Source: Candidatus Nanopelagicaceae bacterium
GTDB lineage: Bacteria; Actinomycetota; Actinomycetes; Nanopelagicales; Nanopelagicaceae
Direction: 5' to 3'
DNA length: 64,000 bases
Assembly: GCA_040402375.1 (NCBI GenBank)
Contig: JBBAMR010000001.1
Location: 123,358-187,357, forward strand
This document shows positions 49,971 to 59,537 of the stretch, piece by piece; within the stretch, counting starts at the first letter, position 1; every line of letters begins with the position of its first letter. A model generated the notes under the pieces. That model saw only the letters and a list, made by a program, of their open reading frames with translations, was not told where the DNA came from and did not search any database. The position numbers and the translations under genes are program-made.

Positions 49971-51400
49971 GCAGTGACCTCACAGCACGTATCGAGGCAG
50001 CCAACCCAGAACTTGAGGGAATCGGCACCTACGAGTACGGATGGTCAGATAAGAACCTTGCTGCCGAAAACGCGAAGCGTGGCCTCAATGAAGATGTCGT
50101 CCGCGACATCTCAGCGAAGAAGAGCGAGCCACAGTGGATGCTCGACCTTCGCTTAAAAGGCTTGTCACTCTTTGAGAAGAAGCCAATGCCAACGTGGGGT
50201 TCAGATCTCACCGGTATCTTCTTCGACACCATTAAGTACTTCGTACGCTCAACTGAGAAGCAAGCTACTTCTTGGGAAGATCTGCCAGAAGATATTAAGA
50301 ACACATACGACCGATTAGGCATTCCTGATGCAGAGCGCAACCGCCTCGTCGCAGGCGTTGCTGCGCAATACGAATCTGAAGTTGTTTATCACTCAATTCG
50401 TGAGGATCTCGAGAAGCTCGGCGTGATCTTTGTTGATACTGATTCTGGCTTACGCGAGCATGAAGAACTCTTCAAGGAGTACTTCGGCACTGTTATTCCA
50501 GTCGGCGATAACAAGTTCGCAGCGCTCAATACCTCTGTCTGGTCCGGTGGTTCATTTATCTATGTCCCGAAGGGTGTTCACGTAGATATCCCGCTTCAGG
50601 CCTACTTCCGAATCAACACCGAGAACATGGGTCAATTCGAACGCACACTCATCATCGCTGATGAAGGTTCGTATGTTCATTATGTCGAGGGTTGTACAGC
50701 TCCTATCTACTCTTCAGATTCATTGCACTCTGCCGTTGTTGAAATCATCGTGAAGAAGAATGCACGAGTTCGTTACACAACGATCCAGAATTGGTCGAAC
50801 AACGTCTATAACTTGGTCACCAAGCGCGCGACCTGTGCTGAAGGTGCAACCATGGAATGGATCGATGGAAATATCGGCTCAAAGGTCACTATGAAGTATC
50901 CAGCCGTCTTCTTGATGGGTGAGCATGCCAAGGGTGAGACTCTTTCGATCGCATTTGCCGGCGAAGGCCAGCATCAAGACGCTGGATCGAAGATGGTTCA
51001 CGCAGCGCCATACACATCATCAACCATCATCTCGAAATCGGTAGCGCGTGGTGGTGGACGTACCTCCTACCGTGGCTTAGTTCAGGTTCTCGAAGGAGCA
51101 CACCATTCAAAGTCAACAGTGAAGTGCGATGCGCTTCTTGTAGATACGATCTCTCGCTCTGATACATATCCCTATGTAGATATCCGTGAAGATGATGTAT
51201 CAATGGGCCACGAGGCAACTGTCTCGAAGATCTCAGATGATCAACTCTTCTACCTCATGTCCCGAGGACTCTCCGAAGATGAAGCGATGGCGATGATTGT
51301 TCGTGGCTTCATCGAGCCAATCGCTCGTGAACTTCCTATGGAGTATGCGCTAGAACTCAACCGTCTCATCGAGATGCAGATGGAAGGGGCCGTCGGATAG
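49967..51400 (+). CDS. sufB: Fe-S cluster assembly scaffold protein SufB
   Basis: 477 aa with [19 protein letters not shown], and YTTIQNW in the canonical SufB body. Contiguous, with no intein. Forms an ATGA overlap with sufR. Confidence 0.96.
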   Translation: MSSDLTARIEAANPELEGIGTYEYGWSDKNLAAENAKRGLNEDVVRDISAKKSEPQWMLDLRLKGLSLFEKKPMPTWGSDLTGIFFDTIKYFVRSTEKQATSWEDLPEDIKNTYDRLGIPDAERNRLVAGVAAQYESEVVYHSIREDLEKLGVIFVDTDSGLREHEELFKEYFGTVIPVGDNKFAALNTSVWSGGSFIYVPKGVHVDIPLQAYFRINTENMGQFERTLIIADEGSYVHYVEGCTAPIYSSDSLHSAVVEIIVKKNARVRYTTIQNWSNNVYNLVTKRATCAEGATMEWIDGNIGSKVTMKYPAVFLMGEHAKGETLSIAFAGEGQHQDAGSKMVHAAPYTSSTIISKSVARGGGRTSYRGLVQVLEGAHHSKSTVKCDALLVDTISRSDTYPYVDIREDDVSMGHEATVSKISDDQLFYLMSRGLSEDEAMAMIVRGFIEPIARELPMEYALELNRLIEMQMEGAVG

Positions 51401-52485
51401 TGTCGACCCTTACAACAAATTACCTGACCCCAACTGGTCGCGAAGAGGCATGGCGCTTTACGCCCCTCAAGCGGCTGAAGGGGTTGCACGACACCGAGAC
51501 GGTCATTGCCGATCGCATTTCACTTGTTGCAGGCGCACTTCCTCAAGGGGTTACCGTCACACATGTAGCTGCCGGCGAGCAGAGCCCGATTTCAGCGACT
51601 GATGATGTTGTAGTGCAACGAGTCCGCAATATCGCGCACGAAGTTACTCTGGTGACGATCGCTGCCGATTCAGTTATCGATGCACCAATTACGCTGACGA
51701 GATCCACAAGTGGCTCACCTGAAGCATCACGGACTGTTATTCGAGCCGGAAACCACTCAAAGGCGACCATTGTCGTCGAGAATGTGGGGAGTGGCACCGT
51801 TGCTGAAGAGATCGACATTATTCTCGAACCTGGAGCGCAACTAAAGTTCATCACTCTTCAAGAGTGGGCAAATGATGCAGTGCACCTCGGTAAGCACCAT
51901 GCGATTATCGGCCGAGATGCCTCCTTCACATCTGTTGTAATCACCGTCGGAGGTTCACTCGTTCGACTCCTCCCAACAGTGGAGTATTCAGGTCCCGGCG
52001 CATCAGCTGAGCTCTTCGGTCTCTACTTTGCTGGCAGTGGTCAATACCTCGAGCACCGCATCCATGTTGATCACAATGTTGGACAATCAAAGTCCCGCGT
52101 GAACTACAAGGGAGCGCTCTCTGGCGATGGTGCACATACCGTCTGGATCGGCGATGTCTTTATCCGCGCTGCTGCAGAGGGTACTGATACCTACGAACTT
52201 AACCGCAACTTGCTCCTCTCTGATGGGGCACGTGCGGATTCAGTCCCGAACCTCGAGATTGAAACTGGTGAGATTGTTGGCGCTGGACACGCATCAACGA
52301 CTGGCAGATTTGATGACGAGCAACTCTTCTACCTTGAGTCTCGTGGAATTCCAGCGACAGAGGCAAAGCGGTTAGTAATCCGAGGCTTCTTCCTTGAAAT
52401 CCTCTCAAAGATCGGGATCGAAGCGATCGAAGAACGGATCATGAATCGTATCGATGGCGAACTCTCTTCAGTGGTGATCGCATGA
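51400..52485 (+). CDS. sufD: Fe-S cluster assembly protein SufD
   Basis: 361 aa. SufD beta-helix family (EAWRFTPL, the C-terminal RFDDEQLFYLESRGI). The GTG start shares 1 nt with the sufB stop. Confidence 0.9.
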   Translation: MSTLTTNYLTPTGREEAWRFTPLKRLKGLHDTETVIADRISLVAGALPQGVTVTHVAAGEQSPISATDDVVVQRVRNIAHEVTLVTIAADSVIDAPITLTRSTSGSPEASRTVIRAGNHSKATIVVENVGSGTVAEEIDIILEPGAQLKFITLQEWANDAVHLGKHHAIIGRDASFTSVVITVGGSLVRLLPTVEYSGPGASAELFGLYFAGSGQYLEHRIHVDHNVGQSKSRVNYKGALSGDGAHTVWIGDVFIRAAAEGTDTYELNRNLLLSDGARADSVPNLEIETGEIVGAGHASTTGRFDDEQLFYLESRGIPATEAKRLVIRGFFLEILSKIGIEAIEERIMNRIDGELSSVVIA

Positions 52486-52784
52486 CAACGTTGAATTTTA
52501 GCGAGCTCACTCCAGGCAAACCCAAGCGCATCGAAGTGGATGGCGTTGGAGTCTGTGTCGCTCGTATTGGCGATGAAGTCTTCGCAATCGGTGACACCTG
52601 CTCCCATGCAGACGCCGCCCTCTCAGAGGGAGATATCACAGGTTTTCGCATTGAGTGCTGGCTCCACGGAGCTGAATTCGATATGCGAACAGGTGAAGCG
52701 ATGACACCACCGGCAGTCACTGCAGTTGCATCGTATGAGGTCGTTCGTGACGGCGAATCCATTTCCATTCAGAGTAAAAAATAG
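52482..52784 (+). CDS. Rieske [2Fe-2S] ferredoxin-like protein
   Basis: 100 aa. Rieske ligand motifs CSH (C-x-H) and CWLH (C-x-x-H) are separated by 19 residues. Overlaps the sufD stop by 4 nt. Confidence 0.88.
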   Translation: MTTLNFSELTPGKPKRIEVDGVGVCVARIGDEVFAIGDTCSHADAALSEGDITGFRIECWLHGAEFDMRTGEAMTPPAVTAVASYEVVRDGESISIQSKK

Positions 52785-52803
52785 AGAACAAGGAAGAGAA
52801 CCA

Positions 52804-53556
52804 ATGAGCACATTAGAAATTAAGAATCTTCAGGTAGCAGTTGATACCGAAGAAGGATCGAAGCAGATTCTTCGTGGCGTTGATTTGACTATCAACTCTG
52901 GCGAGACACATGCCATCATGGGACCAAATGGTTCTGGAAAATCAACTCTTGCTTACTCAATCGCAGGTCATCCAAAGTACAACATCACCGGAGGTTCAGT
53001 AACTCTCGATGGTCAGGATGTTCTCGCCATGAGCGTCGATGAGCGCGCGCGTGCCGGTCTCTTCCTTGCAATGCAGTACCCCGTTGAAGTTCCGGGAGTA
53101 TCTGTCTCAAACTTCTTGCGTACATCGGTCACCGCAATTCGAGGTGAAGCTCCAAAGGTTCGCACCTGGGTTGGTGAAGTGAAAGAGGCGATGGCAGCTC
53201 TCAGCATGGATCCTGCTTTTGCAGAGCGAAATGTCAATGAGGGATTCTCTGGCGGCGAGAAGAAGCGCCACGAGATTTTGCAGATGGAGCTATTGAAGCC
53301 AAAGATTGCAATCCTCGATGAGACGGATTCTGGTCTTGACGTTGATGCGCTTCGCGTTGTCTCAGAAGGTGTTAACCGGATTAAAGAGAATAGTGACCTC
53401 GGCGTTATGTTGATTACTCACTACACCCGCATCCTTCGCTACATCAAGCCTGATTTCGTACACGTCTTCTCGGCTGGCCGTATCGTCGAAGCTGGTGGGC
53501 CAGAGCTCGCTAACAAACTTGAAGAGAACGGCTACGCAGAGTACGTCACTGCCTAA
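52804..53556 (+). CDS. sufC: Fe-S cluster assembly ATPase SufC
   Basis: Walker A GPNGSGKSTL, signature FSGGEKKR, Walker B ILDETDSGLD, plus H-loop ITHY. I prefer ATG 52804 with AAGGAAGAG upstream. The ORF-track start at 52726 lies inside the Rieske gene. Confidence 0.95.
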   Translation: MSTLEIKNLQVAVDTEEGSKQILRGVDLTINSGETHAIMGPNGSGKSTLAYSIAGHPKYNITGGSVTLDGQDVLAMSVDERARAGLFLAMQYPVEVPGVSVSNFLRTSVTAIRGEAPKVRTWVGEVKEAMAALSMDPAFAERNVNEGFSGGEKKRHEILQMELLKPKIAILDETDSGLDVDALRVVSEGVNRIKENSDLGVMLITHYTRILRYIKPDFVHVFSAGRIVEAGGPELANKLEENGYAEYVTA

Positions 53557-53558
53557 TC

Positions 53559-54809
53559 ATGAACTCCCTCGATGTCTCAGCGATAAAGGCTGACTTTCCC
53601 ATCTTCCAAAAGAGGATGCGTAATGATGCTCGGTTGGTCTATCTCGATTCTGGGGCGACCAGCCAGAAGCCTACGAAAGTCTTAGATGCAGAGCGCTATT
53701 TTTACACGCATCACAACGCTGCCGCTCATCGCGGATCACATCTACTCGCGGAGGAAGCATCCACTGCCTATGAAGGTGCTCGTGCAACTGTTGCTGCCTT
53801 TATCGGAGCCGATAGTGAAGAAGTAATTTTTACAAAGAGTGCAACAGAGTCCATCAATCTGATCGCTTACTCATTTTCAAATACGCACGTTGCTCCATTC
53901 GCCTTGCGTGCTGGGGATGAGATTCTCGTCTCCGAGATGGAGCACCACGCAAATCTGATTCCTTGGCAACAGTTAGCTAAGCGCACTGGCGCCATAATTC
54001 GTTGGTTCTCGGTCACTCAAGATGGTCGTCTCGATCTTTCCAATATTGATCAACTCATCAATGAGCGAACGAAGATTGTGGCGATTACCCATCAATCGAA
54101 TGTTCTAGGAACGATTCCACCAGTTGCGCTCATTACCTCAAAAGCACACGCAGTGGGCGCGATCGTGGTGCTCGACGCCTGTCAGTCAGCACCGCACTTC
54201 CCAATGAGTGTGGTGGAGCTTGATGTAGATTTCGTTGCCTTCTCCGGCCACAAGATGCTTGGACCAACTGGTGTCGGCGTTCTCTGGGGGAGATCTGCTC
54301 TGCTCGCGAAGATGGAACCATTTCTCTTCGGTGGGTCGATGATTGAGACCGTCACGATGGAGAGCGCTACCTGGGCGCCGGCACCACGTAAATTCGAAGC
54401 TGGCGTTCCAAATATGGCGCAGGCAGTCGGCCTGGCCGCAGCGATCGATTACTTAACAAATATTGGAATGTCGAAGATTCATCATCACGAAACTGAACTC
54501 ACTCAATACACGCTCGATACGCTGCAGACGATCAAGGGTCTCAACATCTTTGGTCCGCTGGATACGATCGACCGTGGCGGAGTGATCTCCTTTGCACTCG
54601 AAGGTATTCATCCTCATGATGCGGGACAAGTTTTAGATCAATACGGTGTTGCGGTTCGCACTGGCCATCACTGTGCTTGGCCCCTGATGCGTAAGTATGG
54701 AGTCGCCGGAACCACTCGAGCTTCGCTCTACTTGTATAACGACCAATCCGATATCGATGCTCTCGCGCAGGCAATCACGGCAACCCAGAAATACTTTAAG
54801 GTCTCCTAA
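53559..54809 (+). CDS. sufS: cysteine desulfurase SufS (class II aminotransferase V)
   Basis: 416 aa. Has YLDSGATSQKP, PLP-Lys in SGHKMLGPTG, and catalytic-Cys region RTGHHCAWP. Confidence 0.94.
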   Translation: MNSLDVSAIKADFPIFQKRMRNDARLVYLDSGATSQKPTKVLDAERYFYTHHNAAAHRGSHLLAEEASTAYEGARATVAAFIGADSEEVIFTKSATESINLIAYSFSNTHVAPFALRAGDEILVSEMEHHANLIPWQQLAKRTGAIIRWFSVTQDGRLDLSNIDQLINERTKIVAITHQSNVLGTIPPVALITSKAHAVGAIVVLDACQSAPHFPMSVVELDVDFVAFSGHKMLGPTGVGVLWGRSALLAKMEPFLFGGSMIETVTMESATWAPAPRKFEAGVPNMAQAVGLAAAIDYLTNIGMSKIHHHETELTQYTLDTLQTIKGLNIFGPLDTIDRGGVISFALEGIHPHDAGQVLDQYGVAVRTGHHCAWPLMRKYGVAGTTRASLYLYNDQSDIDALAQAITATQKYFKVS

Positions 54810-55255
54810 TGGAACTCGACTCCCTGTATCAAGAGGTCATCCTCGACCACTATAAGCACCCATTGCATAAGGGCCTTTCGGATGAGAAGAGCATCCAGGT
54901 CCACCATGTGAACCCAAGCTGTGGTGATGAGATCACGCTCAATCTCATTCTTAAAGGTGACGTAGTAGAAGATGTGACCTGGGATGGCGTGGGCTGTTCG
55001 ATCTCACAGGCGAGCGCGTCAATTATGAGTGACCTTGTGCATGGCAAGAGCGTCGAGCAAGCCTTTCTCGCCTTAGATGCATTCTCAGAGTTGATGAGCA
55101 GCAAGGGCAGTATTAAGGGCGACGATGCAATCTTGGAAGATGGAGTCGCACTCGCTGGCGTCTCAAAGTTTCCAGCTCGAGTAAAGTGTGCGTTATTGGG
55201 GTGGATGGCATTTAAAGATGCAGCCCTACAAGCCAGAGAGAAGGAGAAGAAATGA
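54809..55255 (+). CDS. sufU: SufU/NifU-like sulfur-transfer scaffold protein
   Basis: 148 aa with YQEVILDHYKHP, NPSCGDE, GCSISQAS and KCALLGW, which hold the three conserved Cys. The ATG shares 1 nt with the sufS stop. Confidence 0.92.
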   Translation: MELDSLYQEVILDHYKHPLHKGLSDEKSIQVHHVNPSCGDEITLNLILKGDVVEDVTWDGVGCSISQASASIMSDLVHGKSVEQAFLALDAFSELMSSKGSIKGDDAILEDGVALAGVSKFPARVKCALLGWMAFKDAALQAREKEKK

Positions 55256-55569
55256 GTCAATTAGCATCTATTGATGATGTTACCGAGGCGATGAAGGATG
55301 TCATCGATCCTGAGCTAGGTATCAATGTCGTTGATCTCGGGCTTGTCTACGATATGCAGGTCGATGAAAGTAATGTGGCTATCTTAGATATGACACTTAC
55401 TTCGGCAGCATGTCCGCTACAGGATGTTATTGAAGATCAGACCCGCGCTGTTCTCGCCAATCTGACATCAGATGTCAAGATTAACTGGGTTTGGATGCCA
55501 CCTTGGGGCCCAAACAAGATTTCTGACGATGGTCGCGAGCAACTTCGCTCGATTGGTTTCACTGTTTAA
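55252..55569 (+). CDS. sufT: DUF59/SufT-like metal-sulfur cluster assembly factor
   Basis: 105 aa with DPELGINVVDLGLVY and TLTSAACPL motifs. It is the last gene of the suf block. Confidence 0.85.
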   Translation: MSQLASIDDVTEAMKDVIDPELGINVVDLGLVYDMQVDESNVAILDMTLTSAACPLQDVIEDQTRAVLANLTSDVKINWVWMPPWGPNKISDDGREQLRSIGFTV

Positions 55570-55587
55570 TTCTGAGGAGAACGCGCC

Positions 55588-57450
55588 ATGACCGTGCACG
55601 GAAATTGGATGGCGATGAGATCGCTCACTCAAGACCAATCAGTAAAGAATCAGAAGTTAAAGCCGGAGACCTTTAAACGGATACTCGCTTTTGCTGTTCC
55701 TTACAAAGTTGAACTTATTTATTTTCTTATTGCTGTCGTTATCGACGCCTCGCTTGTTGTTGCCACCCCACTTCTGCTCCGGACGCTGATCGATAAAGGA
55801 GTAGTCCCTCATAATGGTGGACTAGTTACCAAACTAGCCTTGATTGTTGGATTGCTCGCCGTTGCAGATGCACTCATAAATATGGTGAGTCGATATTTCT
55901 CCGCCCGAATCGGTGAGGGTTTGATCTATGACCTTCGCTCCCAAGTCTTCCAACATGTACAGCGCCAATCGATCGCATTCTTCACTCGCACTCAAACTGG
56001 AGCATTAATATCTCGCCTCAACTCTGACGTGATTGGCGCCCAACAGGCGTTTACGTCGACACTCTCCGGAGTAGTAAGCAATGTTCTTAGCTTGATCCTG
56101 GTTGCGGGAGCGATGATGACGCTCTCTTGGCAGATCACAGTTGTCTCACTCCTACTTCTTCCGATCTTCTTGATTCCGACGAAGTGGCTTGGGCGAAGAT
56201 TGCAGGAATACACTCGCAAATCATTTAATCTCAATGCAGAAATGTCGTCGACCATGACGGAGCGTTTTAATGTATCTGGTGCGTTACTCGTCTCGCTCTA
56301 CGGCAAAAGCGATGAGGAGCTTGTTCATTTCTCCGATAAAGCCGGACGCGTACGGGATATGGGAATTCAGATCGCCGTTCTCAACCGAATTTTCTTTATC
56401 GCCATCACCTCGATCGCGGCGATTGCTACTGCTTTCGCTTACGGCATCGGGGGACACCTCGCGATCAACGGTGCGATTACGGTAGGAACTCTTCTGGCGA
56501 TTACCGCCTTGCTAGCGAGACTTTATGGACCCTTGACTGGGCTCTCAAATATTAGAGTGGATATCATGACCGCGCTCGTCTCCTTTGAACGCGTCTTTGA
56601 GGTTCTCGACCTAGAGCCAATGGTGAGAGATCGCCCTGGCGCGCAAATACTTTCAACAAATAAGCCCGAGATCACTTTTAAGAAGGTGACCTTTGCCTAC
56701 CCAAAGGCAACCGAGATATCGCTTGCCTCACTTGAAGGAGTTGCAAATGCAGAGGTCGTTGATTCGGGGGTAGTGCTCGATGCAATTACGTTTACTGCAA
56801 AACCAGGTAGCTTCACCGCGATAGTTGGTCCATCGGGGGCCGGCAAGAGCACGATCTCTGGGCTCTTGCCGCGTCTTTATGATGTGACATCTGGGTCGAT
56901 CTCAATTGATGGCAAAGATATTCGAGATCTCACCATCGAATCATTGCGGAGCGCTATAGGAGTCGTCACCCAAGATTCGCATATGTTCCATGATTCAATT
57001 GAGAGGAATCTACGTTATGCAAAGAGTGATGCGACGATTGCGGAGATCCAGAGCGCATGCGAGGCGGCTCAGATCTGGAAGTTTGTCCAATCTTTACCAA
57101 ATGGTTTAGATACAGTCGTTGGAGAGCGTGGACACCGGCTGTCAGGTGGTGAGCGTCAACGTTTGGCAATAGCACGCCTACTTCTCAAGGCTCCGTCTAT
57201 TGTTATTTTAGATGAAGCGACCGCGCATCTTGATTCAGAGAATGAGGCCTTAGTTCAGGCGGCTCTCCAGAGCGCTCTATCTGGTCGGACTAGCATTGTG
57301 ATTGCGCACCGTCTCTCAACCATCGCCCATGCAGATCAAATTCTCGTTCTAGATGGTGGAAAGATTGTTGAATCTGGCACTCACGAAGAACTCGTAGCTA
57401 AGCGAGGTCTTTACTTTGATCTTTACCAGCGCCAATCGCTCGGGAGTTAA
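55588..57450 (+). CDS. ABC exporter, fused permease/ATP-binding protein (MsbA/MdlB-like)
   Basis: 620 aa. Six-helix TMD followed by an NBD (GPSGAGKST, LSGGERQRLAIARLL, VILDEATAHLD, IAHRLST). SD GAGGAG lies upstream. Confidence 0.9.
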   Translation: MTVHGNWMAMRSLTQDQSVKNQKLKPETFKRILAFAVPYKVELIYFLIAVVIDASLVVATPLLLRTLIDKGVVPHNGGLVTKLALIVGLLAVADALINMVSRYFSARIGEGLIYDLRSQVFQHVQRQSIAFFTRTQTGALISRLNSDVIGAQQAFTSTLSGVVSNVLSLILVAGAMMTLSWQITVVSLLLLPIFLIPTKWLGRRLQEYTRKSFNLNAEMSSTMTERFNVSGALLVSLYGKSDEELVHFSDKAGRVRDMGIQIAVLNRIFFIAITSIAAIATAFAYGIGGHLAINGAITVGTLLAITALLARLYGPLTGLSNIRVDIMTALVSFERVFEVLDLEPMVRDRPGAQILSTNKPEITFKKVTFAYPKATEISLASLEGVANAEVVDSGVVLDAITFTAKPGSFTAIVGPSGAGKSTISGLLPRLYDVTSGSISIDGKDIRDLTIESLRSAIGVVTQDSHMFHDSIERNLRYAKSDATIAEIQSACEAAQIWKFVQSLPNGLDTVVGERGHRLSGGERQRLAIARLLLKAPSIVILDEATAHLDSENEALVQAALQSALSGRTSIVIAHRLSTIAHADQILVLDGGKIVESGTHEELVAKRGLYFDLYQRQSLGS

Positions 57451-57703
57451 AGCGTATTGATTGTCCGGTGATGGTCTCTCGACCGGCATTGGCAACAACT
57501 ACTGCTACATAAGGAAGAACCACGGCGCCGAAGAGCGCGATCCACCGATAAGGGCTCGGGAGCAAGACGGTGAGAATGAAGCAGGCGGTACGGATCATCA
57601 TGCTGATGAAGTACCTACGAGCTCGAGAAGTTTGATCGACGGTGAGACCAGTCTGAGCCGATGTGATGGACTGGACCTTTGGGTCACTTCTCTTCTTGCG
57701 CAT
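57398..57703 (-). CDS. DUF3099-family small membrane protein
   Basis: Two TM helices with RRYFISMMIRTACFIL and LPYVAVVVANAG, typical of DUF3099. I prefer ATG 57703 (MRKKRSD...). The 3' end overlaps the convergent ABC exporter by 53 nt. Confidence 0.75.
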   Translation of the reverse strand: MRKKRSDPKVQSITSAQTGLTVDQTSRARRYFISMMIRTACFILTVLLPSPYRWIALFGAVVLPYVAVVVANAGRETITGQSIRFNSRAIGAGKDQSKDLA

Positions 57704-57710
57704 AGTGATA

Positions 57711-57716
57711 AGAGTA
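57711..57716 (-). promoter_or_regulatory. candidate -10 hexamer TACTCT (TANNNT) 7 nt upstream of the DUF3099 ATG 57703 (leaderless arrangement)
   Basis: The minus strand reads TACTCT-tatcact-ATG. Confidence 0.35.
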
Positions 57717-57777
57717 AGGTGAATATGCCTATTGCGCCTCCCGAGTGGCAATCTTGGGAGTACGCGTCAGTAACGGG

Positions 57778-57783
57778 TACGGT
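57778..57783 (+). promoter_or_regulatory. candidate -10 hexamer TACGGT (TANNNT) 6 nt upstream of GTG 57790 (leaderless fabG start)
   Basis: The plus strand reads TACGGT-tggaat-GTG. Confidence 0.35.
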
Positions 57784-57789
57784 TGGAAT

Positions 57790-58506
57790 GTGAGCAAAGA
57801 GACTGGACGCCTTGTCCTTGTAACAGGTGGAAATCGCGGGATCGGTCTTGCAATCGCTCGTGCTTTCGAAACAGCTGGGGATCGCGTTGTTATTACCCAC
57901 CGCTCCGGCGATGCGCCGGAAGGTCTGGATGCTGTGATTATGGATGTCACTGATCCTTCGAGCGTTGACCGTGCCTTTGCTGATATCGAAACGCGTTTTG
58001 GCGGAGTGGAAGTTCTCGTTGCCAATGCTGGTATCACGAAAGATGGGCTCGCACTTCGCATGAGCGAAGGCGATTTTCAAGCAGTTGTCGATACTAATCT
58101 CACTGGCTCATTCCGCGTGACGCAGAAAGTTCTGAGCGGCATGATGAAGCGGCGCTCTGGTCGAGTGGTCTTCATTGGCTCTGTGGTTGGAGCTTTGGGC
58201 TCAGCAGGGCAGGTTAACTACGCGGCAACTAAATCGGCACTCGTTGGTATGGCCCGCTCATTTGCTCGAGAATATGGAAGCCGAGGAATCACATTCAATG
58301 TTGTTGCGCCTGGTTTTGTTGAGACGGATATGACTGCAGTTCTTGAGGAATCTCTTCGTGAGAAATATATCTCCCAGATTCCACTGGCGAGGTTTGCCTC
58401 TGCCGCCGAAGTTGCAGATGTTGTTCGATTTATCGCATCACCTGATGCGGGATATATCACCGGTGCCGTCATACCTGTTGATGGTGGATTAGGAATGGGT
58501 CACTAA
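57790..58506 (+). CDS. fabG: 3-oxoacyl-ACP reductase (FabG/MabA-like SDR)
   Basis: SDR motifs LVTGGNRGIG, NAGI and YAATKSALVGM. I prefer GTG 57790 (VSKETGRLVLVTGG), based on the -10-like hexamer and typical FabG N-terminal length. The ORF-track start GTG 57745 has no SD (CCTCCC lies upstream). Confidence 0.9.
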   Translation: MSKETGRLVLVTGGNRGIGLAIARAFETAGDRVVITHRSGDAPEGLDAVIMDVTDPSSVDRAFADIETRFGGVEVLVANAGITKDGLALRMSEGDFQAVVDTNLTGSFRVTQKVLSGMMKRRSGRVVFIGSVVGALGSAGQVNYAATKSALVGMARSFAREYGSRGITFNVVAPGFVETDMTAVLEESLREKYISQIPLARFASAAEVADVVRFIASPDAGYITGAVIPVDGGLGMGH

Positions 58507-59279
58507 TGGCGCTACTTCAAGGAAAGAATATTCTCGTTACTGGCGTTCTGACGGAGGCCTCAATCGCCTTCCATATCGCCAAGCTTGCACAAGAAGAGGG
58601 TGCAACAGTTTTGCTGACCTCCTTTGGGCGCGCGATGAGTATTACCCAGCGAATCGCTAACCGCCTTCCGACGCCTGCTCCTGTGATCGAACTCGATGTG
58701 ACAAATGAAGAGCACCTCGCTGCGCTTGAAGCCCAACTTCGCCTCCATGTTGACCGCATTGATGGCGTAGTCCACTCGATTGGTTTTGCCCCTGAAGCAG
58801 CTCTTGGCGGTAATTTCCTCAATACTGAATGGGCGGATGTCTCAACTGCGGTTCACGTCTCGGCCTATTCATTGAAATCTCTCACGATGGCTGCGCGACC
58901 ACTCTTCGATCAGGCCACAGGCGCCAGCGTTGTTGGGCTCACCTTTGATGCTCGAGTAGCCTGGCCTAAATACGATTGGATGGGCGTTGCAAAATCAGCG
59001 CTCGAATCAACAGCTCGCTACTTGGCACGCGATCTCGGAAAAGAGAACGTTCGAGTCAATATGGTTGCAGCTGGCCCAATTCGAACTATCGCGGCGAAAT
59101 CTATTCCGGGCTTCGACGAGTTTGAGAGTGTCTGGAATGCGCGCGCGCCTCTGACCTGGGACACCTCAGATCCGGTTCCGGCAGCGAAGGGGGCAGTTGC
59201 TCTCCTCTCCGATTGGTTCCCAAAGACAACGGGGGAGATGGTTCACGTGGATGGTGGCGTGCACGCTATCGGCGGCTAG
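58506..59279 (+). CDS. fabI: enoyl-ACP reductase (NADH), FabI/InhA type
   Basis: 257 aa with GKNILVTGV, HSIGFAP, and the Y-x6-K region YDWMGVAKSALES. The ATG shares 1 nt with the fabG stop, matching the mycobacterial mabA-inhA order. Confidence 0.92.
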   Translation: MALLQGKNILVTGVLTEASIAFHIAKLAQEEGATVLLTSFGRAMSITQRIANRLPTPAPVIELDVTNEEHLAALEAQLRLHVDRIDGVVHSIGFAPEAALGGNFLNTEWADVSTAVHVSAYSLKSLTMAARPLFDQATGASVVGLTFDARVAWPKYDWMGVAKSALESTARYLARDLGKENVRVNMVAAGPIRTIAAKSIPGFDEFESVWNARAPLTWDTSDPVPAAKGAVALLSDWFPKTTGEMVHVDGGVHAIGG

Positions 59280-59537
59280 GCCCTCCAATGTAGCCCTCTT
59301 CTCGCTCTGGCTAGCCTCGGATTTCACCTTTAGCGCTGGCGCGGGTACCCTTATGACATCAAGTGGAGCTTGCCGCTCCCACCTCACTGACTTCGGTTAG
59401 TTGGTCAAGAATGAAACCCCGCAATATGGGGTCTTCTGAGCGTTTGCGCGCTCTCCTTGTGCGGCACCTTCCACGGGATAACTACCAAGTTGCTACGAGG
59501 TAACTACTTGGCAGTCATCACTACTAAGCCGTAAAGA

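Noticed and set aside
49967-51400. An intein in SufB, as in M. tuberculosis.
   Set aside because: The SufB ORF is 477 aa and reads continuously through the usual insertion region. There are no Cys/Ser...His-Asn splice-junction blocks or endonuclease-like insert.
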